DNA of 63,286 nucleotides, the filler included, from Octopus bimaculoides (taxonomy: Eukaryota): assembly GCF_001194135.2 (NCBI RefSeq). It is 7 parts of 5 records of this genome, joined end to end, with 100 filler letters (N's around TTAATTAATTAA, not from the genome) between each part and the next. Parts side by side here need not be neighbours in the genome. Positions count along the whole stretch, not along the records: positions 36,961 to 54,007 come from NC_068981.1; positions 54,108 to 57,532 come from NW_026391705.1; positions 57,633 to 59,073 come from NW_026299220.1; positions 59,174 to 61,830 come from NW_026350361.1; positions 61,931 to 63,286 come from NC_068997.1; 2 more parts are not named here. One strand, 5' to 3'. The position numbers and the translations under genes are program-made. Each line of letters begins with the position of its first letter. Position 1 is the first letter of the stretch. The notes under the pieces are model-generated. The model saw only the letters and a list, made by a program, of their open reading frames with translations. It was not told the origin of the DNA and did not search any database. This document shows positions 53,157 to 63,286 of this stretch, piece after piece.

Positions 53157-53890
53157 CTTTACGCAATATACGTGCAGTTCCAAGTAATACCCATTTTTGC
53201 AACACATCTTGATTATAGGGTATCTCTAAGGTTCTCCGATGTTTTTATCTGATTGGATAGTATTGAACCCAATGCCCCGATGACAATAGGGATAATATTT
53301 ATGTTCGACTCTCATAGTTGCCACATCTTAGCAATCTCAATTCTCAGGTCTCCATATTTATCAACATTTTCTCTTTCTTTCATGGTGATATGTTGATCTC
53401 CTGCACCGCTACGTCGATTATTAGGCACTCTTGTTTTTCCTTCCTAAAGGTTACTACATCCGGCCTTCGGTGCTCTAACAATTTGTCTGTCTGGAAATCA
53501 AAGTCCCAGAGGATTTTTGCCATCTCCATTTAGTCTATTACATTTTCCGGTGTATGTTGGTACCAAGCACTTGTATCGTCAAATCCATACTTGCGGCATA
53601 GTAGCCAGTGAAGGTTTTGAGTTACCTTGTCGTGTCTACACTTGTGCTCTTTCTACGCAAGACTTTCACAAGCACTAACAGTGTGAGACACACTTTCGAC
53701 CGTCTTCCACACATTCTGCAGAGGTCCGTTGCACTTGAGTCGTATATATTCTTTTTCACTGAATTGGCATTCAATGCCTAGTCCTGGGCCGCGATGACTA
53801 GGCTTTCAGTATTCTTTTTTAGGTCACCCTTGTTGAGCCACCGCCATAATGTTTCCTGGTCTTTTAATTTATTGGTATCACTTGCAATTC
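53157..53890 (-). mobile_element. R4/Dong-type (RLE) LINE 3' fragment
   Basis: LWRWLNKGDLK, ESLVIAAQD, CRMCG..ESVSHTVSAC, RHDKV..LHWLLCRKYG, ILWDFDFQTDKLLEHRRPDVV and IIDVAV. Confidence 0.9.
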
Positions 53891-54107
53891 CCTACGGAGT
53901 AGGGTTTCTTCTCTCTCGTTGGCTTCTTCTTCTTCTTCTTCTTCTTCTTCTTCTTCTTCTTCTTCTTCTTCTTCTTCTTCTTCTTCTTCTTCTTCTTCTT
54001 CCTCTTCNNNNNNNNNNNNNNNNNNNNNNNNNNNNNNNNNNNNNNNNNNNNTTAATTAATTAANNNNNNNNNNNNNNNNNNNNNNNNNNNNNNNNNNNNN
54101 NNNNNNN

Positions 54108-54167
54108 CTCCCTCTGCACCGTTCGAGCGGAATTCGAACATACATGCATCTGTTCGGCCTCCCTCTC
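54108..54167 (-). repeat. About one unit of the 51-bp satellite, in opposite orientation to the main array
   Basis: CTCCCTCTGCACCGTTCGAGCGGAATTCGAAC is the reverse complement of the 55-57 kb unit. Confidence 0.9.
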
Positions 54168-54409
54168 CACCATTCCAAATAAATGGGCGTTTATTTAAAA
54201 TAATAAGAAGGATTCCAGCAACGTTTTTATTTTGACAGATATAGCAGCCAAAGATGTTTCTGATAGTATCTCATTATATTAAATAAATGCCCATTTATTT
54301 GGAATGGCGTACAACGTCGAACTGGCGAGCTTCCGAAGGTTTGTTTAATTGTGTGTCTGTGCGACTGTATGTGAGTGTGTGTATGTGGTGGAGTAGAAAA
54401 GGAAACCAT

Positions 54410-54680
54410 ACTCTTTTACATGTTTCAGTTGCCACAGAGGAGCACCGCCTTCAGTCGAGCAAATGGACCACAGAACTTATTCTTTGTAAGCCTAGTACTT
54501 ATTCTATCGGTCTCTTTTCGCCGAACCACAAAGTTACGGGGACGTAAACACACCAGCATCGGTTGTCAAGCGATGATGGGGGTCAAACACAGACACACAA
54601 ACATATATATAAATATATATGTACACCTATATACGACGGGCTTCTTTCAGTTTCCGTCTACCAAATCCACTCACATTAGG
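54410..54680 (-). mobile_element. 3' part of the tRNA-derived SINE
   Basis: Nearly identical to 28192-28449. Confidence 0.9.
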
Positions 54681-55087
54681 AAAAGCATTCAAATATGAAT
54701 AAGCCGTCTTTTTTAAAAGGCTGCATTACAACGCTAGAAATAAGAGTAAGATATCAAAGCGTTTACACTGCTATATCTGTCAAAATAAACAATCTCACAA
54801 AGGCTTCCACGTTGCTGGAATCTTTCTCATTATATTAAATAAATGCCCATTTATTTGGAATGGTGTACTACGTCGGATTGGCTAGCTTCTGAAGGTTTAC
54901 ACAACGTTGACGATAGCTTTTTATGTAAGTTGTCTCCCTTTGACTACAGCCTTAAAAAAAGTTATTGCAGTTTTCTTTCAAAAATTTACCGTTTCAAACG
55001 CTTCCGGTTTCGAAAAAATTCTGGTCACGTGGGGGACTAAATTTGGGAAGTCGTCTGCTTTGCTGGTTATAGTAGCANNNNNNNNNN

Positions 55088-57532
55088 CGAACGCACGTTC
55101 GAATTCCGCTCGAACGGACATACTTGCAGAGGGAGGGCGAACGGACGCACGTACGTTCGAATTACCCTCGAACGATGCAGAGGGAGGCTGAACGATCGCA
55201 TGTACGTTCGAATTCCGCTCCAACGGAGCAGAGGGAGGCCGAACGATCGCATGTACTTTCGAATTCCGCTCGATAGGTGCAGAGGGATCCCCAACGGACG
55301 AACGTCAGTTCGAATTCCATGAAGAGGGAAGCCGAACGGACGCACGTACGTTCGAATTCTGCTCAAACGGTACGGAAGGAGGCCGAACGGACGCACGTAC
55401 TTTCGAATTCCGCTCAATAAGTTCAGAGGGAGGCCGAACGGACGCACGTACGTTCGAATTANNNNNNNNNNGCTTGAACGGACGTAAATGCAGAGGGAGG
55501 CCGAACGGACGCACGTACGTTCGAATTCCGTTCGAATGGTGCAGAGGAAGGCCGAAGGAACGCACATACGTTCGAATTCCGCTCAAACGGGAGGCCGAAC
55601 GGACGCACGTAAGTTCGAATTCCGCTCGAACGGTGCAGAGGNNNNNNNNNNNNNNNNNNNNNNNNNNNNNNNNNNNNNNNNNNNNNNNNNNNNNNNNNNN
55701 NNNNNNNNNNNNNNNNNNNNNNNNNNNNNNTACGTTCGAATTCCGCTCGAACGGCGCAGAGGGAGGCCGAACCGACTCACGTACGTTTGAATTCCACTCA
55801 AACGGCTCAAAAGGAGGCCGAAAAGACGAACGCACGTTCGAATTCCGCTCGAACGGAGGTTCGTGCAGAAAGAGGCCGAACGGACGAACGTACGTTCGAA
55901 TTCCGCTCGAACGGACGTACTTGCAGAGTGAGGCCGAACGGACGCACGTACGTTCGAATTCCGATCGAACAGTGCATAGGAAGGCCGAACGGACGCTCGT
56001 ACCTTCGAATTCCACTCCATCGGATGTACGTGCAGAGGGAGGCCGAAAGGACGAACGTACGTTCGAATTCCGCTCGAACCGACGTATTTGCAGAGGGAGG
56101 CCGAACGGACGCACGTACGTTCGAATTCCTCCCGAACGTACGTACATGAAGAGGGATGCCGAGCGGACGCACGTACGTTCGAATTCCGATCGAAACCTGG
56201 GTAGGGAGGCCGAACGGATGCACGTACGTTTGAATTCCGATCGAACGGCTCAGAGGGAGGCCGAACGAACGCACGTACGTTCGAATTCCGCACAAACGGT
56301 ACAGAGGGAGGCCGAACGGAAGCACGTTCGTTCGAATTCCGCTCGAACGGTGCAGAGGGAGGCCGATCGGACGCACGTACGTTCGAATTCCAATCGAACG
56401 GCTCAGAGGGAGGCCGAACGAACGCACGTACGTTCGGATTCCGCTCAAACGGTACAGAGGGAGACCGAACGGACGCACGTTCGTTCGAATTCCGCTCGAT
56501 CGGCGCTGAAGGAGGCCGAACGGAAGCACGTACGTTCGAATTCCTCTCGAGCGGCTCAATAGGAGGCCGAAAGGACGAACGCACGTTCGAATTCCGCTCG
56601 AATGGACATACTTGTAGAGGGAGGCCGAACGGACGCACGTACGTACGTTCGAATTCAGCCCGAACCTACGTACTTAANNNNNNNNNNNNNNNNNNNNNNN
56701 NNNNNNNNNNNNNNNNNNNNNNNNNNNNNNNNNNNNNNNNNNNNNNNNNNNNNNNNNNNNNNNNNNNNNNNNNNNNNNNNNNNNNNNNNNNNNNNNNNNN
56801 NNNNNNNNNNNNNNNNNNNNNNNNNNNNNNNNNNNNNNNNNNNNNNNNNNNNNNNNNNNNNNNNNNNNNNNNNNNNNNNNNNNNNNNNNNNNNNNNNNNN
56901 NNNNNNNNNNNNNNNNNNNNNNNNNNNNNNNNNNNNNNNNNNNNNNNNNNNNNNNNNNNNNNNNNNNNNNNNNNNNNNNNNNNNNNNNNNNNNNNNNNNN
57001 NNNNNNNNNNNNNNNNNNNNNNNNNNNNNNNNNNNNNNNNNNNNNNNNNNNNNNNNNNNNNNNNNNNNNNNNNNNNNNNNNNNNNNNNNNNNNNNNNNNN
57101 NNNNNNNNNNNNNNNNNNNNNNNNNNNNNNNNNNNNNNNNNNNNNNNNNNNNNNNNNNNNNNNNNNNNNNNNNNNNNNNNNNNNNNNNNNNNNNNNNNNN
57201 NNNNNNNNNNNNNNNNNNNNNNNNNNNNNNNNNNNNNNNNNNNNNNNNNNNNNNNNNNNNNNNNNNNNNNNNNNNNNNNNNCGATCGCATGTACTTTCGA
57301 ATTCCGCTCCATAGGTGCAGAGGGAGCCCCAACGGACGCACGTCAGTTCGATTTCCGTGAAGAGGGAGGCCGAACGGACGCACGTACGTTCGAATTCCGC
57401 TCGAACCGGTGCAGAGGGAGACCAAACGGACGCACGTACGTTCGAATTCCGCTCAAACGGTACAAAGGGAGGCCGTACGGACGCAGGTAATTTCAAATTC
57501 CGCTCGAACGGCTCAGAGGGAAGCCGAACGGT
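55088..57532 (+). repeat. CpG-rich tandem satellite with mainly 51- and 58-bp units
   Basis: Consensus CACGTACGTTCGAATTCCGCTCGAACGG(var)AGAGGGAGGCCGAACGGACG. Units were counted by hand at 55830-56640. Several N gaps. Confidence 0.95.
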
Positions 57533-57633
57533 NNNNNNNNNNNNNNNNNNNNNNNNNNNNNNNNNNNNNNNNNNNNTTAATTAATTAANNNNNNNNNNNN
57601 NNNNNNNNNNNNNNNNNNNNNNNNNNNNNNNNA

Positions 57634-57975
57634 TGACTACTGATCGAGACCTTTGGAAATGTGCTGTGCGTGAGAAGACCCGGCAAGCCAAGTGAGATCG
57701 TTGCCAATGCCCCTGGACTGGCTCTTGTGCGGGTGGCACATAAAATACACCATTTTGAGCGTGACCGTTGCCAGTACCGCCTGACTGGCCCTCGTGCGGG
57801 TGACACATAAAAGCACCCACTACACTCTCTGAGTGGTTGGCGTTAGGAAGGGCATCCAGCTGTAGAAACTCTGCCAAATTAGATTGGAGCCTGGTGTTGC
57901 CATCCGGTTTCACCAGTCCTCAGTCAAATCGTCCAACCCATGCTAGCATGGAAGGCGGACGTTAAACGATGAGGA
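57634..57975 (+). mobile_element. RTE-like LINE 3' end / derived short element with an internal duplication of about 68 bp
   Basis: Reads DRDLWKCAVREKTRQAK*. Duplicated CGTTGCCA..CTGACTGG..GTGCGGGTG.CACATAAAA, then GGTTGGCGTTAGGAAGGGCATCCAGCTGTAGAAAC and a (GAT)n tail. Confidence 0.55.
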
Positions 57976-58119
57976 TGATGATGATATATGTATGTATATA
58001 TGTGTATATATATGCATGTATATATGTGTATATATATGCATGTATATATGTGTATATATATGTGTATGTGTGTGTTTGTATAGAGGAAAAATTCACAAAA
58101 ACAGAAGACGAAGACAGGT

Positions 58120-59055
58120 GGTGTAGACAACAACCAGACATATTAGTTTAACACTCAGGAATTGAAAAAGTCTGTAACGTTTTGAGCCAACGCTCTTCCA
58201 CAGAAAGAAACAGAGAAAATGAAGTATGTGTAGTGACTAGCGATTTGTCATGGTGAATGCCGGACCGAGGGGTCACACAGAAGAGCTAGGAAGAAGGGGA
58301 GACAAAGTAGTAGTGATCCCAAAACGGTGTGCGTGCATGTGTATATGAGAGTGCGTATGTGCATATGGAAGAGGGCTGGTGACCTTGACGTTAGCGTGTG
58401 TGCATGTGTAGGTGTGTGGATGATGGTGAGAGTGCTGGCTAGTGTTCAGCACTAGTGTGTGCGTGGTAGTGTGGTGTTGGGATGTCACAGAGGCGAGAGT
58501 GGGGAAAGCAAGGGTGAGGTGTGGTTTAGGCTGAGGGTGGGGTATGTGTGAGTGGGTGTAAGGGAGGGGATGGATAGGGAATGTAGGTGTGGCAAGGGCA
58601 GGGTGGATAGTGGTGAGGGGATATCCACGTAGAATTAAGTGGCAATCCATGAGTTGAGACTGAGTCTTAGTCATGGTCGTCACTGCAGGGCCTGCGTAGA
58701 CAGAGGAATAGGGGATGGAGAACTTGGTGTGTTTAGTGGGGAGGAGGAGAAGTTGAGGTATGAGTGTGTGTTTGTAGTGGATGGAGTTGGTGTGAGTGGA
58801 GTGATGAATGCTGACCAAAATGTCAAGAAAGGAAACAGAAGTATCACAGCTAGTGCAGGAGAAGTGGAGGGCAGGATGAAAAGATTTGACAAAAGAGAGG
58901 AAGGAGTCTAGATGTTCGCAGGAGAGTGAGGTTGCACCGATACAGTCGTCAATATAACGGCCATATAGTTCGGGAGTGGGACCAGTGAAACTTGAGAATA
59001 TTTGGGCCTCAATGTACCAACAAACAGGTTCGCAATGTTGGAGCCCATTCTCATA
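58120..59055 (-). mobile_element. Penelope-like RT remnant ending in a hammerhead-like pLTR segment
   Basis: NLFVG..EAQIFSSFTGPTPELYGRYIDDCIGA (YIDD at about 58945-58956), SVSFLDILVSI, HSYLNFSSS, SIPYS and LRGYP. A degenerate HHR lies at about 58170-58207. Confidence 0.85.
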
Positions 59056-59785
59056 TGTGTGTGTGTGTGTGTGNNNNNNNNNNNNNNNNNNNNNNNNNNN
59101 NNNNNNNNNNNNNNNNNTTAATTAATTAANNNNNNNNNNNNNNNNNNNNNNNNNNNNNNNNNNNNNNNNNNNNACCACCACCACCACCTCCACCATTACT
59201 ACAACCGCTACCACCTTGAATACGACCACGACCTCCAACATCACGACCACGACCACCACCACCACCACCGCAGCCGCCGCCGCCGCCACCACCACTACCA
59301 CTGCTACCACCATTGTCATCACCACTACCGCCACCACCGTCAATACACCGACGACGACGACGACCACCACCACCCCAACAACAACAACAACAACAGTCAC
59401 ATCATCTGGAGCTCTAACATTAGCACCATTGTCTGAAAAATCAACGATGAAAAGTTCATTAATGACAATAAAACAACAACAACAATAGGTAAAAACAACA
59501 ACAACAACAATAATAATAATAATAAGATAAAAAAAAACCAACAACAACAACAACAAAAACACTGCAGGAATACGTGAAATCCATGAATAGCAGGAACATC
59601 AACAACAATGGTAAGAAGAAGAAGAAGAAGAAGAACAAAAGTAACAACGAAAAAGAACGAAGATAAGACGAGAGAGAAGTCTTTCAAGAATACCTCCAAA
59701 AGATGCAGTTACAGATATGGTGTATACACACACACACACACACACACACAGACAGATTGCATAAATAGATTACATCCACGCGCAC

Positions 59786-59817
<32 letters not shown>

Positions 59818-60252
59818 AAAACACACTTTATATAAAAACACAGACAAATTAAAAAGGGAAATGTTACGTATACAGACCATAGACATAGATCGCACAAAAT
59901 GATATCATTTATAAACTGCATATATAGACCATTTATAGGCAACATATACATAGACANNNNNNNNNNNNNNNNNNNNNNNNNNNNNNNNNNNNNNNNNNNN
60001 NNNNNNNNNNNNNNNNNNNNNNNNNNNNNNNNNNNNNNNNNNNNNNNNNNNNNNNNNNNNNNNNNNNNNNNNNNNNNNNNNNNATATATATATATAAGCT
60101 ACACACACACACATACACTGCATATATGGTTCATATTATATAGATCAGCTATATAGATATTGCATATATATACGGCATATATTGGTTCAGTCGAAATCAT
60201 AACTTCTTGCTGTCTTAAAAAAAGTGAAGGATTCACCGTATAATGTAGTTTA

Positions 60253-60397
<145 letters not shown>

Positions 60398-60550
60398 ATG
60401 TAATATCTATCTATCCCCCTCTCTGCTCCTGTCTCCCTCTCTCTCTCTATATATATTTGTGTGTGCGTATGTGTGTATGTGCGCGCGTGTATATAAAGGC
60501 TAGTAACGAAGAGTGAGAATGAGTGACGCTCAGGAAAAAAATGGAAGAAT

Positions 60551-60586
60551 CTTTGACGTTTCGAGCCTACGCTCTTCTACAGAAAG
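60551..60586 (-). ncRNA. Minimal hammerhead-like motif with non-canonical CUGUAGA core
   Basis: CUUU CUGUAGA A GAGC-guag-GCUC GAAA CG UC|AAAG. Perfect 4-bp stems I and II and a GUC triplet; A6 is replaced by U. Confidence 0.55.
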
Positions 60587-60825
60587 GAATGAGGAAAGAA
60601 AACCGGGAAAAAAAGATAACGCGTCTTGATCAATGGCTGTTGGACCGGGAATAGTCTGGTGTTAAAGAAGAAGAAGAACGACAACAACAACAGTAACAGC
60701 AGCAGCAGCAGCAACAATAACAACAACAACACCAAAGTGAATACCACCGACATGATTAACAATTACATCAACAACGTAAGCCATTAGCCGAGAACAAAAA
60801 GAGAAACACTTGTACAGATCACCAT

Positions 60826-60868
<43 letters not shown>

Positions 60869-62435
60869 GCTACTAGCAATATCCACAAACAACGACTATC
60901 ACCACTAATGCAACAACAAGATGGCCGTTGATTTCCATGTGTCCATGGAATCCGGTTTAATGGTGTCTTGCACTGATACGGTGAACACAGCGTTTCCGGT
61001 TCGAACGGAAGTAACATTGTAGCAATCAATATAACGATATACTTTCCGCCGCCGCCACCACCACNNNNNNNNNNNNNNNNNNNNNNNNNNNNNNNNNNNN
61101 NNNNNNNNNNNNNNNNNNNNNNNNNNNNNNNNNNNNNNNNNNNNNNNNNNNNNNNNNNNNNNNNNNNNNNNNNNNNNNNNNNNNNNNNNNNNNNNNNNNN
61201 NNNNNNNNNNNNNNNNNNNNNNNNNNNNNNNNNNNNNNNNNNNNNNNNNNNNNNNCCACCGCCACCACCACTTACCATTTCTGCTTCTTTATTGTTTTAC
61301 CGTTTACACCTTTTAAACTCTACAACTCTTATCAACTGGGCATCGTACGATATTGATTCGTTCTCTCTCTTCTTTGTCTCTTTTCCCCCTCCTTCTTCCT
61401 CTGTCTATCTGTCCATCTCTTCCTCTCTCTCCCTCTCTCTCTATCTCTTGCTTCTTTTACTCTTTCTCTCTTTTTATCGTCTCATTATTTCTAATCGATT
61501 TTTACCTATTTGCTTTGTTCGTTTCTTTCCTAAGATATCTTATCTTTCCACGGACAATCTCAGCCTTTTTCTGCTTCCATCGTTCAAAATTTTTCCTCCT
61601 TGGTTTTCCTGTTCTTCATCTTCTTCCTCCTTCCTTCACTCATTTCTTTCTTCCTTTCTTTCTTTTCTTTCGTACTTTCTTCCCTCACCCACGCCACACT
61701 TCACGTTTTATGTCGGAACTCGACGATCTTTTCCTTCCCGTTGACATTTCTTTCCTCACAGATTCACATATAGATATCTCGACAGAAAACTCCCACATAG
61801 TTGTGTGTGTGTGTGTGTGTGTGTGTGTGTNNNNNNNNNNNNNNNNNNNNNNNNNNNNNNNNNNNNNNNNNNNNTTAATTAATTAANNNNNNNNNNNNNN
61901 NNNNNNNNNNNNNNNNNNNNNNNNNNNNNNTATACGCAAAGGCATACATACATGCATACATATATGAATACATGCATACATATATACATACATACATACA
62001 TGCATGCATACATACATACATACATACATACATACATACATACATACATACATACATACGTATGTGTATACAGATACGCACAAATAAACAGAGAAAGCAG
62101 GTCTGATAATGACTTTTAAAAGTTTTAGAAAAATTAAATAAATGAACGTGTGGAAAACGAACCTTTGGGTGTGTTAAGTACTACGGTGATAAAAAGAGAG
62201 TGACTTTCCTCAGACATAATATGATCTTACGTGCGCNNNNNNNNNNCATGTGTATGTATGATATGTGTATAGGGTCTTACATATTTACTTTTAATAGTTA
62301 TAAATATATATATACATATATGTATATGTGTTTACATATATATATATATGTATATTTATATATTTATACATATATATATATACATATATATATGCGTGTA
62401 CTTATATATATATGTATATATACATATATGTATGT

Positions 62436-62809
62436 AGCTTGCTTACCAACCACATGGTTCCGGGTTCAGTCCCACTGCGTGGCATCTTGGGCAAGTGTCT
62501 TCTACTATAGCCTCGGGCCGACCAAAGCCTTGTGAGTGGATTTGGTAGACGGAAACTGAAAGAAGCCCGTCGTATATATGTATATATATATATATGTGTG
62601 TGTTTGTGTGTCTGTGTTTGTTCTAGCATTGCTTGACAACCGGTGCTAGTGTGTTTAGGTCCCCGTAACTTAGCGGTTCGGCAAAAAGACCGATAGAATA
62701 AGTACTAGGCTTACAAAGAATAAGTCCCGGGGTCGATTTGCTCGACTAAAGGTGGTGCTCCAGCATGGCCGCAGTCAAATGACTGAAACAAGTAAAAGAG
62801 TAAAAGAGA
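62436..62809 (+). mobile_element. Apparently near full-length tRNA-derived SINE with a central microsatellite
   Basis: Head ..CCAACCACATGGTTCCGGGTTCAGTCCCACTGCGTGGCATCTTGGGCAAG; (TA)/(TG) core at 62573-62620; tail CCAGCATGGCCGCAGTCAAATGACTGAAACAAGTAAAAGAGTAAAAGAG. Confidence 0.9.
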
Positions 62810-62940
62810 TATATGTTTGTATGTATGTATATGGATATGTGTGCGCCTATCTTCATATATATAAAAGCGATTTTCCTCTTTTCTAAAATCTATCTTATAT
62901 ATATACATGCAAAACTATATTTATGTTTGCGCGCGCGAGC

Positions 62941-62975
<35 letters not shown>

Positions 62976-63200
62976 CACGTTCTGTATCTGTATACATATA
63001 TATCCATATATTGATTTACACACCTATCACCGACTCGCACTCGATTCGTAATTTATAAGTGAATAAACACATACATACATATATACGTCTGTGTGTCCAA
63101 AGTTACACAATCACAAACGCATATTCTAAGGCAGAATAAGAGAACCAACTCCCTATATCGCATGAGTTAGTATTCATATATATATATATATATATTTACA

Positions 63201-63252
<52 letters not shown>

Positions 63253-63286
63253 CATTTACATGCGTGTGTGTGTGTGTGTGTGTATA

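Noticed and set aside
55305-56638. Long ORFs (250-362 aa) with EAERTHVRSNS-type repeats
   Set aside because: Several frames on both strands stay open because the satellite unit lacks stops, and the 58-bp units shift the reading frame.
55088-57532. CRISPR-like repeat/spacer appearance
   Set aside because: The variable parts are only about 3-10 nt and related to each other, there are no cas genes, and the context is eukaryotic.
60784-61278. ORF with a hydrophobic stretch and Cys-rich peptide
   Set aside because: It spans an N gap and trinucleotide repeats, and has no homology or splice support.

Overview
AT-rich, microsatellite-saturated, gapped eukaryotic scaffold. The SINE families and repeat landscape point to an octopod cephalopod; this is inference from remembered repeat sequences, not a database hit. 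No host protein-coding gene could be identified with confidence, and almost all listed ORFs are simple-repeat or N-gap artefacts. The window is mostly decayed mobile elements: many tRNA-derived SINEs (including a 4-copy head-to-tail array), three R4/Dong-type RLE LINE fragments, two Penelope-like (PLE) RT remnants, a mariner, a hAT transposase interrupted by a LINE, a Helitron with intact termini and a Helentron/HINE-like element. The main unexplained signal is a set of minimal type I hammerhead-ribozyme motifs from several unrelated repeat families. The best case is at 27.5-28.2 kb, where three hammerhead-like cores have predicted cleavage sites exactly 306 nt apart (a retrozyme- or pLTR-like array). 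A CpG-rich 51/58-bp satellite with alternative hairpins lies at 54.1-57.5 kb. Six artificial N44-TTAATTAATTAA-N44 linkers mean adjacency across them cannot be trusted. Element boundaries are approximate unless termini are quoted.
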